From the IMG/VR virus record IMGVR_UViG_2902759955_000002, positions 107,854 through 171,853 of that record: 64,000 bases of DNA; one strand, given 5' to 3'. The translations under genes and the position numbers were made by a program. This DNA comes from a virus (lineage: Duplodnaviria; Caudoviricetes). This document shows positions 50,434 through 58,878 of this stretch, piece after piece (within the stretch, counting starts at the first letter, position 1; each line of letters opens with the position of its first letter). Below the pieces are notes generated by a model. It saw nothing but the letters and a program-made list of their open reading frames with translations, made no database searches and was not told the origin of the DNA.

Positions 50434-50757
50434 TTAGAGCGTGACCAACATGGCGCTGAGTTGGTCGATGCGATGGTGATACTCAACCACGCGTTGGTAA
50501 TCCTCGTGATCGTTCGGTGCGAAGGCGAGCGCCATCGCGTCGTTCCACAAACGCGTACCGGCAAACTTATCGAGCAGGGCGTGGAGTTCGTTCAGGACGA
50601 GTTCTGCTTCGTCCATTGCCTTCTTGGTGTGCTCCGCACGATCGAGTCGTTGCTGGAGTGATAGTGGTCCGACCGGCTTGGCCTGCTCGTCAAACTTCTC
50701 AAGCGTGGCGCGTGCGATGTGAACAGTGCGAAGCAGTGCGTGGTGTTGGTTGTGCAT
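50434..50757 (-). CDS. Hypothetical protein
   Basis: GAGG RBS; helical. Confidence 0.6.
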   Translation of the reverse strand: MHNQHHALLRTVHIARATLEKFDEQAKPVGPLSLQQRLDRAEHTKKAMDEAELVLNELHALLDKFAGTRLWNDAMALAFAPNDHEDYQRVVEYHHRIDQLSAMLVTL

Positions 50758-50863
50758 GATGTCCTCAGGGAGTCAGTTGCGTACCGTTTGGAGAGCCCGC
50801 GCGGCGAAAACGGGTTCTCCGAACGGCACACGGGGCGGATGCCCCACGTGTCGCCGGATGGCC

Positions 50864-51031
50864 TTAGGCTGCTGCCGAGCTGGAGGCACCCGTGGCTTGC
50901 GCTGCGGTCTTCTCGACCGCTTCCTGCTCGCGCTTGTTCAGGTACTTCTCGATCGCGACGACCGCCTTGTAGCCAGCGTAGAGACCGACGACGGTGCCAG
51001 CTGCGGATGCTGCAGACTTGAAGAATTGCAT
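50864..51031 (-). CDS. 55-aa membrane-associated protein
   Basis: AAGGA RBS; MQFFKSAASAAGTVVGLYAGYKAVVAIEKYLNK... Confidence 0.6.
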   Translation of the reverse strand: MQFFKSAASAAGTVVGLYAGYKAVVAIEKYLNKREQEAVEKTAAQATGASSSAAA

Positions 51032-51087
51032 GATGTTTCCTTGTGATGAAATTGGATGGATGACTTACTGCGACAGGGTGTTGGCAA

Positions 51088-51549
51088 TCAAGCGGCTTGC
51101 TGCTCGCTTTGCTTCTGCGCGTTTTGCGCTTCAGCGCTCAGGCGCGCTTCTTCTTCACGTGCTGCATCGAGCAGGGCTTGTGCGGAACGGACACCTTCCT
51201 CCAGGGCTTCACGACATTCACGTGCTGCCTCGGCGGCCGTCTTCGGCGCTGCAGGTGCGGCTGCTGCTTGGGGTGCCGCTGGCTGAGCAGCGCTCGGCGT
51301 AGCGGTTTGGGGTTGTGTGGCTTCGGCTGCCGGCGTGGTGGCCGGTGCTGCAGCCTCGGTCTTGGCTTCGCCCTTACGGGTCGAGACGTAGACCGCCGCG
51401 CCAGCGCCAACTACGACGAGACCGAGGCCGGCGGCAATCAGCATTTCGTTGTTGGTCATGAAGGGGCTCTTGGTGCTGCCGGTTTCAGCAATCGTGTCAG
51501 CGTTGTTTTGCGCTGCGTCGAGGGCCATCGAGAACAGGGACTTGAACAT
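51088..51549 (-). CDS. Single-pass membrane protein with an Ala/Pro linker and coiled coil
   Basis: AGGAG RBS; TM segment LIAAGLGLVVVGAGAAVYV. Confidence 0.7.
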   Translation of the reverse strand: MFKSLFSMALDAAQNNADTIAETGSTKSPFMTNNEMLIAAGLGLVVVGAGAAVYVSTRKGEAKTEAAAPATTPAAEATQPQTATPSAAQPAAPQAAAAPAAPKTAAEAARECREALEEGVRSAQALLDAAREEEARLSAEAQNAQKQSEQQAA

Positions 51550-51609
51550 GGTGTTGCTCCTAAAAGGTCGTAGATAAGTGGGTTAATCAATTCCATTCGT
51601 GGTCTTGAT

Positions 51610-51625
51610 TCAGCGTGGTCATATA
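51610..51625 (-). promoter_or_regulatory. Phage promoter motif copy
   Basis: Minus strand TATATGAC-CACGC-TGA. Confidence 0.6.
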
Positions 51626-51701
51626 GGTCTGTCTTTTTTTAGAATCGTGGTTTGGGCGGGGCAGACGGCATAAAGGCCAGAGCTTTCGCCCTGGCCTAGG
51701 T

Positions 51702-52310
51702 TCACGCAGAGGTGTGGGTGCCGTTTGCTTGCGCGTTGATCCGCTCGGCGATCTCGTGGTTGGAGACGAAGTGTCCTACCGGGACCTGGTCGACCAACCA
51801 GACGTTGTTGTCGGACAGGTAGAAGACGAAGCCATTCTTCGCCATGGTGAGCGCATCGATAATGAGCACCACCGGCTTGCCGTGTCGCGCACCGACACTC
51901 TTGGCGGTGTCGAACGTCTCCGACAGATGCACGTGATGTCGACCGGCAGGCTTGATCCCTTCCTTGCGGATCGAGTCCATGAAGCGTTCCGCGGTCCCGT
52001 GATAGAGATACTCGGGCGGCAACTTCACCGCATAAGTCATCTCGACGGTCTGGGTCGAATGACCCTGATTTGCCCGAACGCGTAAGCCGTCTTCGGAGAT
52101 GGCGTATCGCTGCTTGTCGCAGGTAGCAACCACGTGGTCCAGTTCCAGTCGTGTGAAGCCCTGCCCATCGAAATGGGCCTTTTCGATCAGCGTACCGATA
52201 TCGGTCCATCCCTCCGAATCCAGCGTAATGCCGAGGTATTCGGGTTTGTGCCGCAGCACAAAGCTCAGCAGCTTGCTGACCTGTACTGCCCGCTTCTTGT
52301 CCATGTCCAT
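51702..52310 (-). CDS. kptA: RNA 2'-phosphotransferase (Tpt1/KptA)
   Basis: SKLLSFVLRH.P, DKQRY, RANQGHS, LYHGT, RHHVHLS and SDNNVWL; GGAGG RBS. Confidence 0.93.
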   Translation of the reverse strand: MDMDKKRAVQVSKLLSFVLRHKPEYLGITLDSEGWTDIGTLIEKAHFDGQGFTRLELDHVVATCDKQRYAISEDGLRVRANQGHSTQTVEMTYAVKLPPEYLYHGTAERFMDSIRKEGIKPAGRHHVHLSETFDTAKSVGARHGKPVVLIIDALTMAKNGFVFYLSDNNVWLVDQVPVGHFVSNHEIAERINAQANGTHTSA

Positions 52311-52350
52311 GCTCACCTCCCAGTGGTTGACATAGGGTGGAGCGGTCACG

Positions 52351-52749
52351 TTAATTAAAACCGAACGTCGGGGTATAGGGAGCGGCCGGTGGGAAGGCGT
52401 GTCGGGAGTTGGACAGCTCGCCCGCAAAACGGATGTTGCCCGCACTGCCAATGACTAGATCCAGTCGCACGTATTCGGGCTGGTAATAGTCGGTGCTGAG
52501 CATGCCGGAGGGGCCCGCGATGACGGCCAGCTCCCCGGCGTTGTTGTTCCAGAAGTAATAGAAAGTGAGTGCTGTGCCTGTCGGCAAGCTCAAGGCATTG
52601 GCGTAGACGACGAAGCGCTGATACGCCTCGTCGATATGTTCCCCGTTTGACGTCGCCGGGCCGGCATAAGTGGCAATCTGGGCTTCGAGATCGGCCGGTG
52701 TAACGGCGACAAGCGTCGCGCTCTGGACATACTGCAAGATGCCATTCAT
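52351..52749 (-). CDS. Hypothetical protein (Lys-free)
   Basis: AGGG RBS; MNGILQYVQSATLV... Confidence 0.55.
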   Translation of the reverse strand: MNGILQYVQSATLVAVTPADLEAQIATYAGPATSNGEHIDEAYQRFVVYANALSLPTGTALTFYYFWNNNAGELAVIAGPSGMLSTDYYQPEYVRLDLVIGSAGNIRFAGELSNSRHAFPPAAPYTPTFGFN

Positions 52750-52838
52750 CGTGAATTCCCTTGGATGGTGATGATCCAAAGGATTTCGGGCAAAAAAAGA
52801 GGCACCCATAGGCGCCTCGTTTCATTGTGGATTCCTAA

Positions 52839-53162
52839 TTAATGCAGACCCAGAAAATGGCGCAGTCGGATATCAACCTGCTGCATGTGCTGGGGCGCCA
52901 GCTCACCGAACGCCTTGCCGACTTTTTCGACCACCAGCGTGAAGATCTTGTCGATCTGGACCTGAGAGTATTTCTCCAACCCGTTTGTCGGTGTCGGCTC
53001 GACGTCCACGCGAAGGAGCGGCAACTCCGCCAGGTGGCTCGTCACGAGTAACACGACCATCGACGGATGTGAGGTGTGGAGATCCGACTGCACCACCAGG
53101 GCGGGTCGAGCTTTACCGAAGTCACCCTGAAGGGCGACGGTCACGAGGCTGCCGCGTTTCAT
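52839..53162 (-). CDS. mazF: MazF/PemK-family endoribonuclease toxin
   Basis: MKRGSLVTV..GDFGKARPALVVQSD and NGL..SQVQIDKI. Confidence 0.9.
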   Translation of the reverse strand: MKRGSLVTVALQGDFGKARPALVVQSDLHTSHPSMVVLLVTSHLAELPLLRVDVEPTPTNGLEKYSQVQIDKIFTLVVEKVGKAFGELAPQHMQQVDIRLRHFLGLH

Positions 53163-53398
53163 TCTTCTTCATCTCCCCAGTGATGCTTGTAAAGCTCCTC
53201 CAAGAATTCCATTTCTTCTGGATCCTTTCTGTGCAGCTGACAGGCGAGTTCGCTTTGCCGCCGCGCTTCCTCGGCAAACCCGGGTGCGTCTGGATCGAGC
53301 ACGTAGGCGACGACCTTCTTGTAACCGGCCGCCGTCAGTTCGTCATCAGTCATGTCACGCCCGTCGATCTGCGGGCGCTTGGCTAGAGTGGATGCCAT
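53159..53398 (-). CDS. Antitoxin (MazE/DUF3018-like)
   Basis: ATGA-coupled upstream of mazF; AAGY..V..YVLD...PGFAEEARRQS; acidic tail. Confidence 0.75.
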   Translation of the reverse strand: MASTLAKRPQIDGRDMTDDELTAAGYKKVVAYVLDPDAPGFAEEARRQSELACQLHRKDPEEMEFLEELYKHHWGDEEE

Positions 53399-53447
53399 GT
53401 TGGCTATCTCCTTGCGTACGGAGTCATTATAGTCCGGCGTAGTAGGG

Positions 53448-53861
53448 TCAGACCGTCTGAAGCAGCTGGGCCTTCATCAGGCGGATTTCGTCAGCGATGT
53501 ACTGACTCGTATTACCATCGCGACCGCTCTCGAAGTAGACGGCAAGTTCCTCTAGTACCTGGTTACGTGTCTCATGGCGCTGTAGCTGGGCCTTCTGGAT
53601 ATCCCGCAGGGCGATGACTGCCGCCATCTGTACGCTGGTCTGCGCAGCATTCCGGCCCTTGGTGGGATCGAAATACTGCGTGACACCCCGTGGCACGGGC
53701 ATGCCTTGGAGAAATTCGCGCCAGCACCGCTGGAGCGCCTGGTCGCCATACGGGAACGAGAAGGTCTTCGCGAGGCGGGTCAGTTCGGCTTCAGAGAGCT
53801 TGTCCGGCACCACCGTGTACATCGAGGGATCGATTTGTAGAGTAAGGAGACCGTCAGACAT
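53448..53861 (-). CDS. Hypothetical protein
   Basis: Operonic ORF; GAGGAG upstream. Confidence 0.55.
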   Translation of the reverse strand: MSDGLLTLQIDPSMYTVVPDKLSEAELTRLAKTFSFPYGDQALQRCWREFLQGMPVPRGVTQYFDPTKGRNAAQTSVQMAAVIALRDIQKAQLQRHETRNQVLEELAVYFESGRDGNTSQYIADEIRLMKAQLLQTV

Positions 53862-54228
53862 CTCCGCGCTCCTCAAAATTGGAATAGCTGTCGATCACAA
53901 CCACCGACACGTCCTTCGGCAGGTCCTTAAATCGTTCAGCCCACACTCTCGGATCAGGGAGCGCTGACCTCGGCGCAGGGTGGATCGACTCTACAGCTTT
54001 CGGGACACCGCCCAGTCGCACACCGAACACATTACCGCGATGCCAGCCCCGTTCCATGAAGTCACTGAAGCCGGTGTACGGGCGAATCGGAGTGAGCGGT
54101 GCCCAGGATGAAATAGAAGGCTCACGCAGCTGACGTGAGATAAGCAAATACTTGCCGGGATGCTTCAGACGGTATTGCTGGCGCATCCGATTAAAACGAA
54201 TGCGGGTTTTGGTTTCTTTGCTGAGCAT
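53854..54228 (-). CDS. Hypothetical protein
   Basis: GGAG RBS. Confidence 0.55.
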   Translation of the reverse strand: MLSKETKTRIRFNRMRQQYRLKHPGKYLLISRQLREPSISSWAPLTPIRPYTGFSDFMERGWHRGNVFGVRLGGVPKAVESIHPAPRSALPDPRVWAERFKDLPKDVSVVVIDSYSNFEERGDV

Positions 54229-54279
54229 GAGCGTTCTCCAAGGAAGGGGACCGGGGAGGGCCTGCTTCCGTAGGGTTGG

Positions 54280-54717
54280 TTATACCCAGTTCGACACAGC
54301 CAGTGCTGCATTGATGGGTTTCTGGTTCGTGGTGCTTTTCAGCACGCGGTCGGGTGGTGTGCCATCTGCTGCTTTCATTTGCGGCTCGAGCGAATCCGGA
54401 TCGTTCTGTCGCAGATGCTTCAGGTCGGCCGAAATGGTCGAATCATTCACGCCGATGAGTTCGGCAATCTCCGAAGCCTTGAACCCGGACTTGTACATCT
54501 GGGCCACCAGCCGGCGTCGGATACTGGAGTCGAGGTAGTGGTGATAAATCGGCGATTCATCCAGAAACCAACGGCGCTCAATAATGCCATTAATCTCGGC
54601 GGTAATGAGCGTAAAACCATCGAAGTGCGACATCTGCACACGGCCCCGATAAGGCGGTTTGCAGGCGAGCGCATTCTGGGAGGCCTCGACGTAGTGCTGC
54701 AAAAGGGGCGTCAGCAT
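54280..54717 (-). CDS. HTH domain protein
   Basis: RRRLVAQMYKSGFKASEIAELIGVNDSTISADL. Confidence 0.7.
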   Translation of the reverse strand: MLTPLLQHYVEASQNALACKPPYRGRVQMSHFDGFTLITAEINGIIERRWFLDESPIYHHYLDSSIRRRLVAQMYKSGFKASEIAELIGVNDSTISADLKHLRQNDPDSLEPQMKAADGTPPDRVLKSTTNQKPINAALAVSNWV

Positions 54718-54814
54718 AGCGGTATATTCAGTGGAAGGTTATGCGTAGGAAGTCATCGGATTGCGCTGGTCAATCAGAATTACCCAGTCACGCGAAAGGC
54801 ACGCGATTAAGTGC

Positions 54815-54830
54815 TCACCTTCGTGATATA
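54815..54830 (-). promoter_or_regulatory. Phage promoter motif copy
   Basis: Minus strand TATATCAC-GAAGG-TGA. Confidence 0.65.
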
Positions 54831-54910
54831 CGGCTGAAATAATCTAACGGCATAAACAGAGAGACGACCCCCTGGCCGTCTCTCTGTCTTAATACGCGGA
54901 TGCACGTGGG

Positions 54911-55120
54911 TTAAACGCCGTTTCTTATTTTCGCTACGTCGACGCCGGCGGCAGCGGCATGAACGCTCGAGACCGGAATCGGTGCAGCCACCGGTATCGA
55001 CGAGAGCACGTTTCCATCAGCCTCACGAATTACCCGCTGGGCAAACAGGAAATGCTTGCCGTATCGGGCGACGCCCAAGGCGCCTGCAATGACGAACAAC
55101 GCCATCAGTGATTGCCACAT
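54911..55120 (-). CDS. Small membrane protein
   Basis: GGAGG RBS; MWQSLMALFVIAGALGVARYGK. Confidence 0.55.
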   Translation of the reverse strand: MWQSLMALFVIAGALGVARYGKHFLFAQRVIREADGNVLSSIPVAAPIPVSSVHAAAAGVDVAKIRNGV

Positions 55121-55319
55121 GGTTCCCTCCGTGGGGTCAGACGCAGGCCCGGCCTGCATAGGATGACCGCTTCCCGGAAAGTCAAAACCGCACCGTCTTG
55201 GCTCGACGCTATTCCTACGACGAAAAAGAACTAACTCGACGGCCGCTAGGAACTAATTGTTGGCCGAAACTGCGGTAGAATCGGCAGCCTTTACGTGAGA
55301 CCCAAGTCGTGAGGCAGTT

Positions 55320-56363
55320 GTGTTCGGTAAGTTTCAGCAGGAAGTAGATCACGGGGTGCGCGAGCGCATCCATGCGTTTATGCACGTGCCGGGTGGGTTC
55401 CGCCGGGCGAGCGTGCACGAGGAGAACGCCCAGCTTGAGACATTCGTGCGGCTTATCGAGCTGGTGGAGCTGCTCAAAAAGCAGACGGGTGACGCCGTCC
55501 CCCTCAGGCAAAATCCCCAATCCAAGCGCGTGTTCATTCCGAAGACCAAATTCACGAATCTGCTTCGCTACTGGATTGATAGCGAGCCCGACAATATCCA
55601 GCAGCATTTCCCGTTTCATCGCCTGCATCCTTGGCTGCATATCCTGACGGAGTTCGTGCCGAAACTGTCACGGCATCGAGATTGGCTGGAAAACCCCAGC
55701 CTGTTAAGCAGGGCTGCATTAGTCGAGCGGGTCGATGCGATAAATCAGGTAATCACCACTACCAAGGCTCACCTGTTTAATTCGGAGACATTGAGCGCGG
55801 CGAGCGACTTCACGCGCAACGCGAACAAGAATAGGCTGAGCCTCAAACGTTATACCGAGTCCCTCCTGGACCATTATGGTCCGCTGCAATCGCTTCGGCT
55901 CGATCTGGGTTATCTGGATCGGGTCACGTATGCCGCTCGCCATTTACCGGATATTGCGTTTCTGGATATGGAACAACATCGCAAGCGATTAATTGAGTAC
56001 GTTCGCCGCCAATTAGCCCCGTCTCCGGTCGGCTATATCTGGAAGCTTCAGCATAGCGCGACGACTTCCTACCGGTTTCATCTAATTCTGCTGTTTCGAC
56101 AGGACGACCTTTCGTTTGCGCAGTTACGGGGGGACCAGATCGGCCGGCATTGGGTACAGGCAATTGCACAGGGGAGGGGCGGATATTTCAACTGGAATGT
56201 GCCCGATAATGAATTCGAGCGAAACGGCACTGGCTATATCCGCATCCCCAGCGAACTCAAGAGCACCATCGAATATGTCACGCGTCTTGATCGGTATATG
56301 CGACTCACCACGCCCGTAAAGTCCCATACCCTTGTGAAGGGCACGATGCCCAAATCCAAATGA
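55320..56363 (+). CDS. YagK/YfjJ (inovirus Gp2-like, HUH-related) family protein; start uncertain
   Basis: LRLDLGY, GYIWKLQ, FHLILLF, IG.HW and Y..RLD patterns; only plus-strand gene in the accessory region. Confidence 0.65.
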   Translation: MFGKFQQEVDHGVRERIHAFMHVPGGFRRASVHEENAQLETFVRLIELVELLKKQTGDAVPLRQNPQSKRVFIPKTKFTNLLRYWIDSEPDNIQQHFPFHRLHPWLHILTEFVPKLSRHRDWLENPSLLSRAALVERVDAINQVITTTKAHLFNSETLSAASDFTRNANKNRLSLKRYTESLLDHYGPLQSLRLDLGYLDRVTYAARHLPDIAFLDMEQHRKRLIEYVRRQLAPSPVGYIWKLQHSATTSYRFHLILLFRQDDLSFAQLRGDQIGRHWVQAIAQGRGGYFNWNVPDNEFERNGTGYIRIPSELKSTIEYVTRLDRYMRLTTPVKSHTLVKGTMPKSK

Positions 56364-56504
56364 CGGCATAAAGCCCGGGATTGCTCCCGGGCGATATACC
56401 TCGAAGCGCAACCGACTCGGTCTGATTCGACAGTACAGTCAGCGGCAGGTTAGTGCATGCAAAGTAAAGGACATAGTTTCACGTCCGGTTACGCTTCGAC
56501 TCAC

Positions 56505-56580
56505 TGGCAAGGGTGGCAGGAATCGAACCTACGACACGCGGAATCAAAATCCGCTGCTCTACCAACTGAGCTACACCCCT
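56505..56580 (-). tRNA. tRNA-Gln(TTG)
   Basis: 76-nt cloverleaf; anticodon arm GCGGA-TTTTGAT-TCCGC; encoded CCA. Confidence 0.9.
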
Positions 56581-56586
56581 AGAGTG

Positions 56587-56678
56587 TGGCGGAGAGGGTG
56601 AGCTTCGAAGTCACGGAAGGCCCTCAAGCCCTCACTGGTTTTCGAGACCAGCGCCTTCGACCGCTCGGCCGCCTCTCC
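56587..56678 (-). tRNA. tRNA-Ser(CGA) with atypical T-arm
   Basis: Anticodon arm CTGGT-CTCGAAA-ACCAG; long variable arm; G73 + CCA; T-arm GTGAC-TTCGAAG-CTCAC. Confidence 0.82.
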
Positions 56679-56694
56679 TAGATACTGCTGAAAC

Positions 56695-56772
56695 TGGCTC
56701 CGTGACCTGGGCTCGAACCAGGGACCTCCGGCTTAACAGGCCGGCGCAATCTACCAACTGAGCTATCACGGA
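56695..56772 (-). tRNA. tRNA-Asn(GTT)
   Basis: Anticodon arm CCGGC-CTGTTAA-GCCGG; CCA; 2-nt insertion in the D-stem 3' strand. Confidence 0.85.
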
Positions 56773-56786
56773 TCTACTACGGAAAC

Positions 56787-56873
56787 TGGTGGGCAGGGTT
56801 GGATTTGAACCAACGAAGGCGCTAGGCCACCAGATTTACAGTCTGGCCTCTTTAACCACTCGAGCACCTACCC
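56787..56873 (-). tRNA. tRNA-Tyr(GTA)
   Basis: Anticodon arm CCAGA-CTGTAAA-TCTGG; long variable arm; A73 + CCA. Confidence 0.92.
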
Positions 56874-56879
56874 AGGGTG

Positions 56880-57540
56880 TAGGAACAACAACCCGATTTA
56901 TTCCTCGTGATCCTTTTCGGATCCTTGTCAGTTGTCTTCACCGGCAGCACATGCGTCCACCGGATGCGGCGCCTACGGACCGCCGGTCCGTGCTACCTTG
57001 ACGCCGGTTGATTAGTCCGGCCCGACAATTAAGAGGTATGACTCGATTCACCCCAGCTGACCCCGCCATCAGTCGGTGCCTTCTGAATGGGTGCGTGCCG
57101 TTGAGTCTACTTCCGCTGCCCGCGCCTCGAAGGCGGACAGTAGCCATGAATCTGCAGAGCGGCCTAAAAGGTTGCCTGGCGATGGGGAGGACCCATTAAC
57201 ATGGTTCTTGCTTCGATTAGTGCGGTTGCAACTGTTACGTCGAGTATGGTCATTGCTCTCTGAGGCGGGATTCGAACCCGCATCTGACTTTCGTCACACC
57301 CAATGACAGGCGGCCAGTGTAATCCCCTTGGGAGGGAGCTGATTCACTGACGTGAGCTTCTTGCCTTTCGGCTCATCCCTTTATATACCGATTTCACCAC
57401 TCGTCTCTTCGTAATCGTCTTACCTACTTTGGCGCGTACAGCGAACATCTTTCAATGTCCGCGTCACGGCTAAGGTTTGGGTCTGAGGTCCCTCGTCCGT
57501 GAATTGTGCTGCTCCTACATAGAAATAGGCTTGCAGTGTA
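56880..57540 (-). ncRNA. Candidate large structured ncRNA with an embedded tRNA-Leu-like module
   Basis: ORF-free; D-arm-like GTGGTGAAATCGGTATA (57384-57400) and perfect T-arm GCGGG-TTCGAAT-CCCGC (57265-57281) ~100 nt apart; many hairpins; directly upstream of the tRNA cluster. Confidence 0.5.
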
Positions 57541-57545
57541 AAAAA

Positions 57546-57935
57546 TTACTGCGCCGCCGCCTCCATGATGTCGATTTCGAGGATGACCCACTCACCCTTG
57601 TAGGTCCTCAGCTCATTCAGCAGATCGTGACCACCGATCATGACATCTTCATCAGTCCACAGATACCCAGTCGCTTCAGAGTAATGCGCGCCGAAATCGC
57701 AGTTCGCAAACCCCATGAGCTTATGCACAAAAGCGATCTCAGCCTCCTCCCTTGCGACCTCTTTATCCGTGATCCAATACCGAACGGAGACAAACTTGCC
57801 GGCAATGTCACGCTCGAGAACCTCTGCCAAAGGTTCATCCAAGGATTCGATAAAGAGTAGGTCTGAAGCCTCTTCGTGATCCCGCTCGATCAGCTTCCCG
57901 GCGTAGGTTTTGGTTTCGCTTATACGTTTGGTCAT
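57546..57935 (-). CDS. Hypothetical protein
   Basis: ATGA-coupled; acidic. Confidence 0.65.
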   Translation of the reverse strand: MTKRISETKTYAGKLIERDHEEASDLLFIESLDEPLAEVLERDIAGKFVSVRYWITDKEVAREEAEIAFVHKLMGFANCDFGAHYSEATGYLWTDEDVMIGGHDLLNELRTYKGEWVILEIDIMEAAAQ

Positions 57936-58558
57936 TGTTCCTCGAGATCAGTCGTTTGGGCGCTGCGCAGTACCATCGCCAGGCGCCGTTCCAGCGGATA
58001 CGCGAGCACTCGGATATGGGCCCGGATGTCAGCCTCCGTCAGGGGCACTTCCGTCCACCCATTGCTGCTGTAAATCCCGCGTGTCGTTCGCCCCTTGTTC
58101 ACGATGAAGGGCTCGCCGGATAACACTTCTGCGGGCGTCAACTCATTCAGGCTGTCGTCGACCGTAACGAGGAACGCATTCTGGTTACCGGGTCGATCTT
58201 CCCGCCCGTTCGCCATTGCAAGAATCGCTTCAGGTGACTGCAGGCCTGCAAAGCAGCCTTCGTCGGAGAGGCGCTGGATAAACTCGACCAGCGTGGTCGT
58301 CTTCTTTTTCGCAATGGGAACTGTTTGTTCGTCCATGATCTTTCTTCCGTCTCGTTTGAGTTTGTCGAGTAGCTGCAGCAACCGCTTCTCCCGCCGCTCC
58401 TGCTTCATCTGCAAATCGGAGTAACCTTCCACACCACAGGACGGACAACAGATGCCGCCCCTTCTCCAGAAGTCACTGGACAGTTTGCTCAGGTAGTCGC
58501 CGGTCTTCCGGATCCGGCGCCGAAGGTGTGCGAGTTCAGTGCGCAGTGGTCCAGTCAC
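57932..58558 (-). CDS. Hypothetical protein (N-terminal CPSC motif)
   Basis: GTGA-coupled operon member. Confidence 0.55.
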   Translation of the reverse strand: MTGPLRTELAHLRRRIRKTGDYLSKLSSDFWRRGGICCPSCGVEGYSDLQMKQERREKRLLQLLDKLKRDGRKIMDEQTVPIAKKKTTTLVEFIQRLSDEGCFAGLQSPEAILAMANGREDRPGNQNAFLVTVDDSLNELTPAEVLSGEPFIVNKGRTTRGIYSSNGWTEVPLTEADIRAHIRVLAYPLERRLAMVLRSAQTTDLEEQ

Positions 58559-58878
58559 GACATCTCACTTCGGGACTTGTGATAGCCCGCTGCAAAGTCC
58601 CGCATCTGATCCATCGTGTAAAGCGCAGATTTCGGGTCGTCGGTTGGGTCGTGGTAATGCAGCCGCGCATCACCGGAAGGCATCACGCGCAGCTTCCAAT
58701 CAAGTGCGTCGTAGCGCCCGATGAAGACCAGGAACGAAATGCGGATGCGCCGAAGGAGCTGTACGCCCCAGTAGCACACTGGTCGAACGGGTTGCCAGCC
58801 CAGTACCGGATCGAGCTGTCGCACGGTCTGGATGTGTTCTTCCAGATTGCGAATGTTGAAAAGGTGCGGGACGTTCAC
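58555..58878 (-). CDS. Hypothetical protein
   Basis: GTGA-coupled. Confidence 0.55.
   Translation of the reverse strand: MNVPHLFNIRNLEEHIQTVRQLDPVLGWQPVRPVCYWGVQLLRRIRISFLVFIGRYDALDWKLRVMPSGDARLHYHDPTDDPKSALYTMDQMRDFAAGYHKSRSEMS

Noticed and set aside
56880-57407. tmRNA or RNase P RNA
   Set aside because: No GGGGC/alanine acceptor with CCA or tag frame, and no GAGGAAAGUCC motif; kept only as an unclassified ncRNA candidate
57254-57407. Functional tRNA-Leu
   Set aside because: Only 3 acceptor pairs, no CCA, no anticodon arm, and no group I core in the ~100-nt insert
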